From assembly GCA_040756435.1 (NCBI GenBank), contig JBFLZD010000013.1:2249-66248 (forward strand): a stretch of 64,000 nucleotides of DNA, written 5' to 3'. The translations under genes and the position numbers were made by a program. The notes below the pieces were generated by a model. The model was given only the letters and a program-made list of their open reading frames with translations. It was not told where the DNA came from and did not search any database. This DNA is from Spirochaetota bacterium (GTDB lineage Bacteria > Spirochaetota > UBA4802 > UB4802). Shown here in pieces: positions 1 through 10,259 of the stretch (its first letter is position 1; the number at the start of each line of letters is the position of its first letter).

Positions 1-1
1 G

Positions 2-261
2 TATGATAGTGATGGATATAAATACGAATTATGGTATCTAAGAAATGTTAATAAAAAAGAAGTGGACTTTTTGCTTACTGTTAACACGAAACCATGGATA
101 ACTGTTGAAACTAAATTATCAGATACATCAGTATCAAATAACCTGCTCTAGTATAAAGAAAGAATAGCTATCCCATACTGTTATCAGGTTGTGAAAAAAC
201 CATGTATTGATATCATCACTCACTCTGACATCCGTATTGTCTCTGCTGACAGATTTTTATA
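2..261 (+). pseudogene. C-terminal remnant of an AAA+ ATPase-like protein (DUF4143-like tail), interrupted by an in-frame TAG at 149-151
   Basis: Frame-2 translation from the window edge gives ...KEVDFLLTVNTKPWITVETKLSDTSVSNNLL*. The same frame continues after the TAG as ...IPYCYQVVKKPCIDIITHSDIRIVSADRFL* to a TAA at 259-261. The motifs resemble the C-terminus of COG1373/DUF4143 ATPases, recalled from memory. TAG acts as a normal stop elsewhere in the window (phoU ends in TAG). Confidence 0.25.
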
Positions 262-440
262 ATATCTGGTATAATAACGCTGACAAACTCTATTACCACT
301 TTAGAAGTAATGCAATTTTTTCAATACTGGCATATACATAAAAACTAACCAAATTATTATTGACATGCTGCAATTTTGTTTTTACTATACATATAACTAT
401 TACATATATTCTTTCCTGCTGGAATGAAGTATAAAACATT

Positions 441-638
441 GTGCTCTATATGAATCACTCAATACAACCACATATCATAAAGAAACATATAAAAGATTGC
501 AAGCCCACCGACAATTATAATTGGTGGATTACCAAAACCCCAGAAGAACGCATCAGTGCTGTTGAAATACTACGCAGGCAAATGTATGGAAATACATCAA
601 GATTACAGAGAATTATTAGAATTATTAAACGCACATAA
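441..638 (+). CDS. small hypothetical protein (65 aa)
   Basis: ORF ending ...TPEERISAVEILRRQMYGNTSRLQRII. It overlaps the nucleotidyltransferase start by about 50 nt and no family was recognised. It could be a partner gene or spurious. Confidence 0.2.
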   Translation: MLYMNHSIQPHIIKKHIKDCKPTDNYNWWITKTPEERISAVEILRRQMYGNTSRLQRIIRIIKRT

Positions 639-1053
639 CGTTAAATATGTTATAGTGGGAGCATATGCTCTGGCATTTCATGGACTTCCCAGATATACAG
701 GTGATTTAGATATATTAATTGGTTGCGATGTGAATAATGCAGAAAAAGTAGTGAAAGTATTACAAGATTTTGGCTTTTCATCACTTACTATAACAAAAGA
801 AGATCTTATGGAACCTGATACGGTAATACAATTAGGATATCCACCGTTAAGAATTGATTTAATCACCTCTCTTACTGGTGTTAGCTGGGATGAAGTCTAT
901 AATAATGCAGTTACAGGGAATTATGGTGATGTAAAAGTATTCTTTATAGGAAAACAACAGTTTATTAAAAACAAAAAAGCAACAGGTAGATATCAGGATT
1001 TGGCTGATTTAGAGGCAATTGGATATAAAAACGGGGATGCAGATATCACATAA
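586..1053 (+). CDS. nucleotidyltransferase family protein (minimal NTase fold, DUF6036-like)
   Basis: MEIHQDYRELLELLNAHNVKYVIVGAYALAFHGLPRYTGDLDILIG matches the G-x-GS/xA...DxD nucleotidyltransferase pattern. The ORF track starts at a GTG at 556; the ATG at 586 is preferred. Confidence 0.6.
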   Translation: MEIHQDYRELLELLNAHNVKYVIVGAYALAFHGLPRYTGDLDILIGCDVNNAEKVVKVLQDFGFSSLTITKEDLMEPDTVIQLGYPPLRIDLITSLTGVSWDEVYNNAVTGNYGDVKVFFIGKQQFIKNKKATGRYQDLADLEAIGYKNGDADIT

Positions 1054-1076
1054 CTATCGCACCCCCGTTAGTATCA

Positions 1077-2774
1077 TTACTCATTCATTTGATATGCATC
1101 AACCAGTGAATACACATATTTTTCAAGTACTCGGTTATACCTGTCATGGTCAACCACAGGCTTCTGAATCATCTTTAAGCAAAGCTCCTGCTGCTTGGCA
1201 GTGCTGCTTGTCTTGGAATAAATCTGTAATGCAAACTTTGAAAAATCCCTGATCATGAAATCAAAAACCTGATCAATCATATCATCTTCAACATTGTAGA
1301 TCTTCTTATTTTCTAAAATAAGCTGACCATATGCCACCAGTGTAAAGAGCTCACCAATTGACAATAAAAAGTCAATGTCCTCAGCCTGTTTCTGGTCAGG
1401 TGTTGCACCCATCATGAAATCCTTGAATGCGTTGATCTGCTTTTTGAAGATCTCAACGTTGGGCAGGTTCACGCTGTTATACGCAATGTTGTAATCGTGG
1501 AACTGAATCTTGCCCAATCCTTTTGTTGGACCCTGATTGAAGAGGAAATCGTCGTTGGTAGCATCTAATCTCTGCGGTACTTCAGGGAATTCTTTTGGAT
1601 TAAAGAAGTAATTGAACATGAACTTGATAATCAGCGCCATGTTAACATGAACTGTTCCCTCTAATTTTGGCAATGCCCTGATATCACGAGCAGCCATATG
1701 GAAGTAGGTATCCTTTTCAAAACCTTTTGCAGCTATGATATCCCACAGTAAGTTGATAACCTCTTCACCCTGTGTGGTGACTTTCATCTTAACCATTGGA
1801 TTATACAGCAAATACCGCTTGTCATTTTCATTGGCGCTTCGCATATAGTCAGTTGCACGCAGAGCAAATAATTTCATTGCAACAAGCCGTGTGTATGCAT
1901 CAACAAAGAACTGCTTGATGTGCGGAAATTCGGTAACGTACTTGCCGTACAGGTTACGGTGTGCAGCGTGATTCAACGCTTCATAAAAACAATGTGTTGC
2001 AATGCCAATTGAACCCCAACCTAAATTGAATTTACAGATATTAATAGTATTAAGCGATGCATCCCATGCATCTCTGCCTTTATCAAGGATATCGGCTTCG
2101 GTGATTGGATAATCATGCAGCGCATACTCAGCAACATATGACTGACTGTGAATAACGTTTTTAATACATTCAAATTTTGGATGCTGTGAATCCACCACAA
2201 AGAACACATAGTCACCAGTATCAGCAATTTTACCAAATGTTGACACCAGCGCAGCTTTGTTGGCATTGCCAATGTAGTACTTGTCGCCATTTGCGCGGTA
2301 GGTGCCATCACCATTGGGGTACAGCATCATATCGCTTGAATAGATGTCAGCGCCATGTTCCTTTTCGGACAGGCCAAATGCAAAGATTGCACCCTCTTTC
2401 AAAAGTTTGGCTGCCTTCTGTTTAACTTCCTCATTTTTGCCAATCCATATTGGCCCAAGACCCAATTGCGAAACCTGGAATGTATACCAGTATGCAAGCC
2501 CGTAAAATCCTAAAATTTCAGCAAAGTTGACAATGCGCCAGGTATTCCAGTGGCTGTCCTTATCGCCATACCCTTTTGGTGTAAAGAGTTTAGCAAAAAT
2601 CTGATTTTCCTTCTGAAACTGCAAGAAATCATCGTACCACACACAGTTGTGATCATCATCCAGAACCTTTTTTAATCCTTTGTTTTCAAAAAACTGTATG
2701 GTTTTTTTCATAATGTCTTCCGACTCTTTGTCGGGAAATGTGACATTGTACTTTTTTGGATTTAAAAGAATCAT
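1077..2774 (-). CDS. acyl-CoA dehydrogenase family protein (long form, 565 aa)
   Basis: 565-aa ORF with acyl-CoA dehydrogenase-like motifs (GLSEKEHGADIYSSDMML, followed by typical C-terminal helical segments). Confidence 0.7.
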   Translation of the reverse strand: MILLNPKKYNVTFPDKESEDIMKKTIQFFENKGLKKVLDDDHNCVWYDDFLQFQKENQIFAKLFTPKGYGDKDSHWNTWRIVNFAEILGFYGLAYWYTFQVSQLGLGPIWIGKNEEVKQKAAKLLKEGAIFAFGLSEKEHGADIYSSDMMLYPNGDGTYRANGDKYYIGNANKAALVSTFGKIADTGDYVFFVVDSQHPKFECIKNVIHSQSYVAEYALHDYPITEADILDKGRDAWDASLNTINICKFNLGWGSIGIATHCFYEALNHAAHRNLYGKYVTEFPHIKQFFVDAYTRLVAMKLFALRATDYMRSANENDKRYLLYNPMVKMKVTTQGEEVINLLWDIIAAKGFEKDTYFHMAARDIRALPKLEGTVHVNMALIIKFMFNYFFNPKEFPEVPQRLDATNDDFLFNQGPTKGLGKIQFHDYNIAYNSVNLPNVEIFKKQINAFKDFMMGATPDQKQAEDIDFLLSIGELFTLVAYGQLILENKKIYNVEDDMIDQVFDFMIRDFSKFALQIYSKTSSTAKQQELCLKMIQKPVVDHDRYNRVLEKYVYSLVDAYQMNE

Positions 2775-2915
2775 ATCCCACCCCTATTCAAATTATAGTA
2801 ACAAATTTGAGTATATCATACACATACTGATTTGTAAAGAAAAAATTACAGTGTTATGTATTTTTTTAATCAACATATTTATTTTTTTGGGCGTGCACCC
2901 GCGGTAACTATCGCC

Positions 2916-3980
2916 TTATAACAACCCCACCCTGTCTTTAATTTTCCCGCTTTCCACCAATTCTGCAAATTCATCGGCCATCGCTTGTCCCACCTCAATT
3001 GCTTTTTCCCAGAATGATAGCCTTTCAGCGTCATTGCCTGCAAATGTATAAAAATCATGTCGGTCAGGGATCTTTTTATATGGCAGCAAATCAATGGCTT
3101 CTTTTGAAGGTGAAATGATGCACACATCATTAAGGCTGTGTTGCGGCTTTCGGTATGTAAGTGCCTTGTCAAACCACCCGGGCACCACACACTCAGAATA
3201 ATGTGGATACAGCGCAATACCGCCATTAAGCGCAAGTGGCAGGTCCATCTGATAATCCACAAGCCCACCATCACGGAGTATTGTAACAGTGCCGTTATGG
3301 AAATATGGCACCCCTTTCATAACCAGCGGAATGGCACCTGAAGCCATGATGGCCTTTTTTACATTTGACGTATCAAGTGGAATATACTGCGTGCTGAAAT
3401 TATTCCATTGTATGAATGACGGGAATGCTCTGCTATCATAAAACACATAGCGGTCAAAATGTAATGCTAAAAGCTTTCTATTAATAGCATTGGAAAGCGC
3501 AGCTGTTGCAAGCCCTGTCATGAGTGGAAGCTTATGTTCACTTATAAGCAGATGTTTTGATCGCGCCGTTATGATGCACAGGCGTATGGTAGGATGTTGT
3601 ATGATTTCTATTACTCTGCTATCGGACAGGTAGGTTTCCATAATGGCAATTGTTTCGGCAGTTATCTCTTCCCTATCAGGATTGAGCGAATACTTCTGGG
3701 CCATGTAGCGCTCTTTAAATGTATCCAGTGCTTTTAGTCCATCCTTTTGCGCAAGTGCTGCAAAGCGCCATGTTGCAATGGATGAGCCAATTAAATGAAC
3801 AGGCGTTTTTCTTTTTTGCAAAAAATGTGAATATACAAGTTTATCAAGCCCATATAGAATAAGCCACTTGGGACCACCAGCAGCACCAAGTACACACTGA
3901 ATTCTTTCTTTTTTCAGGCCTTCGTCTTTAATGATACGGTAGGCCCGTTTCCCTGCTTGAATTGTACACAAACGTTTCAT
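2916..3980 (-). CDS. patatin-like phospholipase family protein (putative)
   Basis: GAAGGPKW (oxyanion-hole-like GGxxG), IGSSIA (GxSxA variant of the nucleophile elbow) and ILRDGGLVDY (the DGG aspartate of the catalytic dyad). Confidence 0.5.
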   Translation of the reverse strand: MKRLCTIQAGKRAYRIIKDEGLKKERIQCVLGAAGGPKWLILYGLDKLVYSHFLQKRKTPVHLIGSSIATWRFAALAQKDGLKALDTFKERYMAQKYSLNPDREEITAETIAIMETYLSDSRVIEIIQHPTIRLCIITARSKHLLISEHKLPLMTGLATAALSNAINRKLLALHFDRYVFYDSRAFPSFIQWNNFSTQYIPLDTSNVKKAIMASGAIPLVMKGVPYFHNGTVTILRDGGLVDYQMDLPLALNGGIALYPHYSECVVPGWFDKALTYRKPQHSLNDVCIISPSKEAIDLLPYKKIPDRHDFYTFAGNDAERLSFWEKAIEVGQAMADEFAELVESGKIKDRVGLL

Positions 3981-4155
3981 AGTAGCCTCATCGTATTACA
4001 GTTACTCAAATAACAGTGTTATGGTATATTGATAATTGCAAGGATTTTTTTATTTGATGGTATTGGCATTTTTGGTTATAGATTTGGAATGGCAGCATTC
4101 GTTTTAGAAAAACAAGGTTATCAAAAAGTTAAACAGATGATGTATACGTTTCTCT

Positions 4156-4196
4156 CTGGCACCTCCTTTTGTTGCCCATACAAAAGAAAGTGCCAG
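4156..4196 (-). terminator. nested inverted repeat (CTGGCAC..CTTTTGT..ACAAAAG..GTGCCAG) 13 nt downstream of the pstS-1 stop
   Basis: 7-bp outer and 7-bp inner perfect inverted repeats. There is no clear U tract, so an intrinsic-terminator role is uncertain. Confidence 0.3.
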
Positions 4197-4209
4197 CAAA
4201 CGGATATAG

Positions 4210-5034
4210 TTATTTAATAGGAATAAAACCTGCCTCTTTAACTATCGCCTGTCCTTCTAAAGAAAGCATAAAGTCTATAAATTCTTGAGCGGCAGGCTTT
4301 ATTTTGACTTCATTGACATACATATAGAGTTTGCGTGCTATGGGGTATTTTCCGCTTTTCCCATTTTCTATGGTTGGCTCTACATTATTCACATATAGCG
4401 GCTTGACTCTATCATTAAGGTAGCCATATCCCACATATCCAATTGCCTTTGGATTTTGTGAAACCGTCTGCAAAATTGCCCCATTTGAAGCCTGCAGCAA
4501 TGCATCTTTACGCACGTCAGCATGTTTCATTACTTTGGATTCCCACACCTCAAAGGTTCCAGAGCTTGAATCACGGGATATAACCACAATGGTTTCATCA
4601 TTGCCACCAACATCCTTCCAGTTTTTTACCGACCCTTCATAAATTGCTTTAAGCTGATGCAAGGTAAGGTTGGACACCGGATTTGAAGGATGCACAATAG
4701 GCACTATCATATCAAATGCAATAGCAACTTCTTTGATGATTTCACCCTTACGCTTTGCAAGCGCTAACTCTTCTGCATGCATTTCGCGTGAAGAGTTTGC
4801 AATATCACAGCTACCATCAATGAGCGACTTTATGCCATCACCAGAGCCAGTGCCTGAAAGGGTTATCACAATTTTATTCTTTTCATAAAATGCTTCGGCA
4901 GCTTTTTGAGTAACGGGTAACACGGTGGTTGAACCTTTAACCACTACTTTTTCCTTAGCTTCTTTTGAACACGATACAATAAATACTGTTACAATAAATA
5001 GTATGCATAGCGTTATGTAGCTTTGTATTTTCAT
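4210..5034 (-). CDS. pstS: phosphate ABC transporter substrate-binding protein PstS (lipoprotein), copy 1
   Basis: Lipoprotein signal (FIVSC) and the PstS family motifs KGSTTVLPV...LSGTGSGDGIKSLIDGSCDIANSSREM. Confidence 0.85.
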   Translation of the reverse strand: MKIQSYITLCILFIVTVFIVSCSKEAKEKVVVKGSTTVLPVTQKAAEAFYEKNKIVITLSGTGSGDGIKSLIDGSCDIANSSREMHAEELALAKRKGEIIKEVAIAFDMIVPIVHPSNPVSNLTLHQLKAIYEGSVKNWKDVGGNDETIVVISRDSSSGTFEVWESKVMKHADVRKDALLQASNGAILQTVSQNPKAIGYVGYGYLNDRVKPLYVNNVEPTIENGKSGKYPIARKLYMYVNEVKIKPAAQEFIDFMLSLEGQAIVKEAGFIPIK

Positions 5035-5197
5035 CCTTAAAACCTCCTTAAAAATATAATATAATTAATTTTAACTCATCATTATCAATATGTTCAACAC
5101 TTTTTTGCAAAAATCAAGTTACCTCTGCTGTGTAATAAATATTTGTTGGAATAATAATAGCCAAACCCCCAGCGAGGGTGACATTATTATATGACTT

Positions 5198-5240
5198 AAA
5201 AAATAAAAAATGCCGCCCCATGCTTTCTTTTGAGACGGCC
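5198..5240 (-). terminator. possible intrinsic terminator after pstS copy 2
   Basis: On the minus strand a weak GCCG...CGGC stem is followed by ATTTTTTATTTTTT. The stem is weak. Confidence 0.3.
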
Positions 5241-5264
5241 CATTCAATGAGTGTTATCTTCACA

Positions 5265-6092
5265 TCAATCAGTTAGTGGTATAAAACCTGCTGCTTTTAC
5301 AATCTGTTGTCCTTCTTTTGAAAGGATAAAATCAATAAATGCCTGCGCTTCAGGTTTTATTTTTACCTCATTGACATACATGTACAACTTTCGTGCTATT
5401 GGGTACGCACCCGATTTCCCGTTAGGTATAGTTGGTTCTACTCCATTTACAGTAAGTGCTTTTACTTTGTCATCTAAGTATCCGTATCCAACATATCCAA
5501 TTGCACGTTTATTCTTTGATACAACGGATATAATTGCACCATTGGAAGCCTGCAATAACGCATCCTTGCGCACTTCAGATTTCTTCATAACCTTTGATTC
5601 CCACACTTCAAACGTTCCTGAACTTGAATCACGGGATATTACAACTATCCTTTCATTGTTGCCACCCACCTGGCTCCAGTTAGTTATAGCGCCTTCATAG
5701 ATGGCTTTAAGCTGAGCCATTGACAAATTTTTTACAGGATTTGATTGATGAACAATAGGAACTATCATATCATACGCAATAGCAACTTCTTTAATCTTTT
5801 CACCTTTGGATTTTGCCATATCCCATTCTTCCTTCTTCATTTCCCGTGAAGAATTTGCTATATCACAGCTACCATCTATAAGCGACTTTATACCATCACC
5901 AGAACCTGTACCTGAAAGACTTATCACAATCTTTGTTTTTTCATAGAAAGCTTCCAGTGCTTTCTGGGCAATGGGTAATACGGTAGTTGAGCCTTTAATG
6001 ACTACCTTTCCCCCTTTTGTTTGTGAAAAACCAATTGATAATGAGCTTACTATCGCTAGTACCATGAAAATTAAAAAACTCTTGACCTTCAT
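5265..6092 (-). CDS. pstS: phosphate ABC transporter substrate-binding protein PstS, copy 2 (tandem paralog)
   Basis: About 65% amino-acid identity to copy 1 over the full length (KGSTTVLPIAQKALEAFYEK...SGTGSGDGIKSLIDGSCDIANSSREM), with a signal peptide. Confidence 0.85.
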   Translation of the reverse strand: MKVKSFLIFMVLAIVSSLSIGFSQTKGGKVVIKGSTTVLPIAQKALEAFYEKTKIVISLSGTGSGDGIKSLIDGSCDIANSSREMKKEEWDMAKSKGEKIKEVAIAYDMIVPIVHQSNPVKNLSMAQLKAIYEGAITNWSQVGGNNERIVVISRDSSSGTFEVWESKVMKKSEVRKDALLQASNGAIISVVSKNKRAIGYVGYGYLDDKVKALTVNGVEPTIPNGKSGAYPIARKLYMYVNEVKIKPEAQAFIDFILSKEGQQIVKAAGFIPLTD

Positions 6093-6170
6093 TATGGCCT
6101 CCTGTTATAATTTTAGTAACTTTTGGTTAAAACGCTATATGCATTTTTACACCATACTACGTACACCGTT

Positions 6171-6192
6171 ATTATAAAATTTTTATAAAGAT
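6171..6192 (-). promoter_or_regulatory. Pho-box-like phased direct repeats (TTATAAA at 11-bp spacing) in the pstS-2/pstB divergent region
   Basis: attataaaatt/tttataaagat read in the pstS direction give ATCTTTATAAA AATTTTATAAT. This matches the repeats upstream of pstC. Confidence 0.4.
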
Positions 6193-6299
6193 TAGATTAA
6201 TTTTCTATTTGATTTGAACTGAATTATTCTTTTCATCATAAACAGCAATGAGTCCTGTGGGGCAAAAAGCACTGCTATAGTACTAAAACTTTACATTTT

Positions 6300-6330
6300 C
6301 TTTACAATAGCATTATAAATCCTTAACATT
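6300..6330 (+). promoter_or_regulatory. Pho-box-like phased repeats upstream of pstB (CTTTACAAT / CATTATAAA / CTTAACATT at 11-bp phase)
   Basis: Three 9-mers start at 6300, 6311 and 6322, lie 65-95 bp upstream of the pstB ATG, and resemble the CTTTATAAT consensus seen at pstC. Confidence 0.35.
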
Positions 6331-6396
6331 TCAGTGGTTTGATAATTACAAGCAATAATGGAAATAACCAAACAGGTAAACAAATAACGGTGATAT

Positions 6397-7161
6397 ATGT
6401 CCGAAAGCACAGTAAAAGTTAAAGCCCAGAATCTTTCTTTTTTCTATGGGAATAATCAGGCATTATTCGATATCAATTTAACCGTACAGGCAAACACAGT
6501 TATGGCATTGATTGGCCCTTCTGGATGTGGTAAATCAACATTTCTTCGCTGCATCAACAGAATGAATGACATTATACCCTATACAAAAATTGAAGGCCAG
6601 TTAACCATAGATGGCGAATCCATATACCATACTAAATACGATGTCACACAACTTCGTAGACGCGTTGGTATGGTTTTTCAAAAATCAAACCCATTTCCAA
6701 AATCAATTTTTGACAATATAGCGTATGGTTTAAAAATAAATGGTATAAAAGATAGATATACCATTGAGCGTATCGTGGAAGACTCTCTGAAACGCACGGC
6801 ACTGTGGGATGAAGTTAAAGATAGGCTGCATACTTCGGCCATGAGCCTGTCAGGTGGGCAGCAGCAGCGCCTGTGCATTGCTCGAACTATTGCAGTGCAA
6901 CCCGAGATTATTTTAATGGATGAGCCAGCTTCAGCCCTTGACCCCATATCAACGCAAAAAATTGAAGAGCTTATTCAGGATTTGAAGAAGCAGTACACCA
7001 TTATTATTGTAACCCACAACATGCAGCAGGCAGCGCGCGTGAGCGATTATACCGCTTTCTTTTACATGGGAAAACTTATTGAAGTCAATAAAACCGAAAT
7101 CATGTTTACAAAACCAGAAAAACAGATGACTGAAAATTATATAACGGGAAAATTTGGATAA
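6397..7161 (+). CDS. pstB: phosphate ABC transporter ATP-binding protein PstB
   Basis: Walker [36 protein letters not shown], with the characteristic PstB length and start. Confidence 0.95.
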   Translation: MSESTVKVKAQNLSFFYGNNQALFDINLTVQANTVMALIGPSGCGKSTFLRCINRMNDIIPYTKIEGQLTIDGESIYHTKYDVTQLRRRVGMVFQKSNPFPKSIFDNIAYGLKINGIKDRYTIERIVEDSLKRTALWDEVKDRLHTSAMSLSGGQQQRLCIARTIAVQPEIILMDEPASALDPISTQKIEELIQDLKKQYTIIIVTHNMQQAARVSDYTAFFYMGKLIEVNKTEIMFTKPEKQMTENYITGKFG

Positions 7162-7180
7162 TCACTGAAAGGAGATAACA

Positions 7181-7834
7181 ATGCCAACCCATTTAGAACA
7201 GGAACTCAATGACTTACTGCGCAAAATACTTGAGATGGCAGACATTGCTATAGAAGCTGTTGCTGATGCTGTACAGTCACTAAAAACTATAGATGTGAAG
7301 TTAGCAGAAAAAGTGATACAAAAAGATTCAGTACTTGACCAATTGGAGATAGTTATTGATGAAGAATGTGGCAGGATTTTAGTAACCAAACAACCAGCAG
7401 CAGGTGATCTCAGGCTTATACTGGCAATCTTAAAATCAAACACTGACTTAGAGCGTATTGGTGATTTAGCAACCAACATTGCAAAAGAAACAATACGGCT
7501 TGAAGGAAAATCACTTTTAAAACCACTTATCGATATTCCCCGCATGACAGAAATTTGCATCAAGATGATAAAGTTAGCATTTCAGGCAATTACTGAAAAA
7601 AACATAGACTATGCAAAACAGTGTATAGCAACTGATAAAGAAGTGGATGAGCTCAATATGCAGATAAACCGTGAGCTATTTAGCTTTATGGTAGAAAATC
7701 CAGCAACCATTTCACCTGCATTTGGCCTTATCATGGTAGCAAAAGCATTGGAACGCATTGGCGATCATGCAACGAACATCGCTGAACGAGCCATATACTA
7801 CATAGAAGGTGAAGACATTCGTCATCAGGAGTAG
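7181..7834 (+). CDS. phoU: phosphate signalling complex protein PhoU
   Basis: Two PhoU repeats (...ERIGDLATNIAKE... and ...ERIGDHATNIAERAIY). Confidence 0.9.
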   Translation: MPTHLEQELNDLLRKILEMADIAIEAVADAVQSLKTIDVKLAEKVIQKDSVLDQLEIVIDEECGRILVTKQPAAGDLRLILAILKSNTDLERIGDLATNIAKETIRLEGKSLLKPLIDIPRMTEICIKMIKLAFQAITEKNIDYAKQCIATDKEVDELNMQINRELFSFMVENPATISPAFGLIMVAKALERIGDHATNIAERAIYYIEGEDIRHQE

Positions 7835-7837
7835 TAC

Positions 7838-8518
7838 ATGCCAAAAATATATGTAGTTGACGACGAAAAGGACATTCGTGAAATACTGAAAGTCAATCTT
7901 CAAAAAAATGGCTATGATGTTAGTACATTTGCTTCAGCTGAAGAGGTCCTTAAACAATTAACTATCGCCAAACCTGATCTTTTAATACTTGATATTATGA
8001 TGAGTGGCATGGATGGATTGGATTTGTGCAAACACATCAGGGCATCCAATACACTAAAAGATATACCCATTTTATTTCTTTCAGCAAAATCAGCAGAACT
8101 TGACAAAGTGCTGGGACTTGAGTTAGGGGCTGATGATTACCTAACAAAGCCATTCAGTATTCATGAACTCATTGCCCGTGTTAAAGCAATACTGCGGCGT
8201 GTCCAGGGGAAGGAAGAAGTGCCTAAAGAAGTTTTAACCTATAAAGGCATTGTACTGCATCCTGAAAAATTTTCAGTAACTATCGACAAAAACCCCATAG
8301 ACCTTACAAAGACTGAATTCCTTATCCTTAAACTTTTTATGCAATATCCTGGTAAAATTTTTTCCCGTGACAACATCATCGACAGCATCCGCGGCGACAA
8401 TGTCTATGTCATTGACAGAACCGTTGATGTGCATATTATGAATCTTAGAAAAAAATTAGGACATTACAAGGATGCAATTAAAACCTATTCTGGCGTTGGG
8501 TATGGATTAAAAGGGTAA
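7838..8518 (+). CDS. phoB: OmpR-family response regulator (PhoB/PhoP-like)
   Basis: Receiver domain (VVDDE...LLILDIMMSGMDGLDL...LSAKS) plus a winged-helix output domain. It sits in the operon after phoU and before the histidine kinase. Confidence 0.8.
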   Translation: MPKIYVVDDEKDIREILKVNLQKNGYDVSTFASAEEVLKQLTIAKPDLLILDIMMSGMDGLDLCKHIRASNTLKDIPILFLSAKSAELDKVLGLELGADDYLTKPFSIHELIARVKAILRRVQGKEEVPKEVLTYKGIVLHPEKFSVTIDKNPIDLTKTEFLILKLFMQYPGKIFSRDNIIDSIRGDNVYVIDRTVDVHIMNLRKKLGHYKDAIKTYSGVGYGLKG

Positions 8519-8522
8519 GTTA

Positions 8523-10256
8523 ATGTTTAAAAGTCTTAAAACAAAATTAATTGTTGTATACTCTGTAGCACTGGTATGCTTTATTTTTTTTCTTCTCATT
8601 TACAGTAGTAGCCATATACACAAAGAATTTACTGTATTCTTAAAAACTGAATTGCAGCAAAGTATTGATTACATTAATACTTACTGCCAGTCATTTCACA
8701 AACCCATTAACAAACAATTTTTTTCTTATGAGATAGTAACCGCTTTAAAAAATCTATCCTATAAAAGTTCCCTGCGCATAACCATTATTAACAATGATGG
8801 CACCGTACTTTTTGACACCGACGCCAACCCTGAATCAATGGAAAACCATCTGTATCGCCCCGAGATACTGGAAGCAAGAAAGAAAGGTACTGGTATGGCA
8901 AGTAGATTCAGTAATACAGTTGGTGCCGATATGTTATACGTTGCTTCATATTATAATTACTTCTATATTCGCACTGCAAAATCAATGTCTACTATCAATG
9001 CACTTATAGAGTCAATTACCAGAAATATCATCATTGCTGGAATCATCATCCTAATTATCAGCATTACCGTAACAGCAATTTTTGCTACTGCTTTCACACG
9101 ACCTATAAAAGAATCATTACACTTTATTAATACATTTTTTAACGGCAACCTACATGCGCGCATACTCAATTATAAAGATGATGAAATGGGCTACTTACAA
9201 AGAGCAATGAACACGCTTGCCGACAATATTCAGCAGCGTATTATAGAACTTACCAATGAAAAAAATAAACTCTTCATGATTATAGAAAACATCCATGACC
9301 CAATTGCGCTTATCGATGAAAATAAAAAAATTGTTATTTATAACAAAGCATTTGCAAACTGTTTTGAATATCCTGAAAGTTTAACAGATAAATACTACTT
9401 CACTGTTATCCGACATAGTGAGCTTAATGCCAAAATATATGTAGCATTTTCACAAAAGCAAAAAATATCGTTTGAAGAAACAATAGATGGTAAATATTTT
9501 CAAATTTTTATCTACCCCTTTGCTGAACCCGCCACAGGTATCCTGCTACTCATGCACGATGTAACCGAGCAAAAGCGCATTCAGCAACTCAAGTCAGATC
9601 TTGTGGGGAATTTATCGCATGAATTAAAAACGCCAATCAGCATCATCCGTGGATACTTAGAAACCATTAAAGACAACATTTGCGATCAAAAAACAGCAGA
9701 GCAATTCATTGAAAATGCACTCATAAATGTTGAACGCCAAAATGCAATTATCAACGACATGCTCAAACTCAACCAATTGGAGACTTCATCTTTCATTACC
9801 AATGAATCCATTGACCTTAAAAAAATCATTACACAGTGTGTAGAGTTGCTATCACCAAAAATTCAAAAAAAGAATCTGGCGATAGTAATAGATATACAGT
9901 CATTGCCACAAAGCATTACTGGCAATGCATTCCTGGCTGAAGAAATTTTTTTCAATCTAATAGATAATGCCATTAACTATAATAATCAAGGTGGATCAAT
10001 AACTATCACCGCACATAAAGAATCAAAATTACTGTCAATAAGTATTGCCGATACTGGCGTGGGCATCCCACCCGATGAAATACCAAGGATTTTTGAACGT
10101 TTTTACCGTGTTGACAAAAGCCGCTCACGCGAGACTGGTGGTACCGGTTTAGGATTATCCATTGTAAAACATGCAGCGCTTATTTTAGGATGGACAGTGG
10201 AAGCTACATCATCATCCAGCGGTTCAACATTCACAATTATTATACCATCAGCGTAA
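8523..10256 (+). CDS. phoR: sensor histidine kinase (PhoR-like)
   Basis: N-terminal transmembrane region, PAS-like region, HisKA H-box LSHELKTPISIIRGYLE, and HATPase_c N/G boxes (IDNAINY, GGTGLGLSIVKH). Confidence 0.75.
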   Translation: MFKSLKTKLIVVYSVALVCFIFFLLIYSSSHIHKEFTVFLKTELQQSIDYINTYCQSFHKPINKQFFSYEIVTALKNLSYKSSLRITIINNDGTVLFDTDANPESMENHLYRPEILEARKKGTGMASRFSNTVGADMLYVASYYNYFYIRTAKSMSTINALIESITRNIIIAGIIILIISITVTAIFATAFTRPIKESLHFINTFFNGNLHARILNYKDDEMGYLQRAMNTLADNIQQRIIELTNEKNKLFMIIENIHDPIALIDENKKIVIYNKAFANCFEYPESLTDKYYFTVIRHSELNAKIYVAFSQKQKISFEETIDGKYFQIFIYPFAEPATGILLLMHDVTEQKRIQQLKSDLVGNLSHELKTPISIIRGYLETIKDNICDQKTAEQFIENALINVERQNAIINDMLKLNQLETSSFITNESIDLKKIITQCVELLSPKIQKKNLAIVIDIQSLPQSITGNAFLAEEIFFNLIDNAINYNNQGGSITITAHKESKLLSISIADTGVGIPPDEIPRIFERFYRVDKSRSRETGGTGLGLSIVKHAALILGWTVEATSSSSGSTFTIIIPSA

Positions 10257-10259
10257 TCA

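Noticed and set aside
2021-2425. Antisense or overlapping ORFs inside strong genes (for example 2021..2314, 2177..2425, 6678..6947, 7162..7563, 11964..12422, 14973..15209, 16420..16856, 17446..17715, 19153..19494, 26242..26499, 32641..32991, 35249..35552, 38729..39214, 39406..40081, 46840..47439, 53328..53549, 54581..54925, 55373..55783, 59625..60448)
   Set aside because: Each lies fully within a longer ORF that has clear family-level motifs, and none shows recognisable domain signatures of its own. They are judged frame shadows.
4029-4217. ORF 4029..4217 (62 aa) between the patatin-like gene and pstS
   Set aside because: It overlaps the nested hairpin downstream of pstS and the pstS 3' end, has no ribosome-binding site and no recognisable family. 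It is judged spurious.
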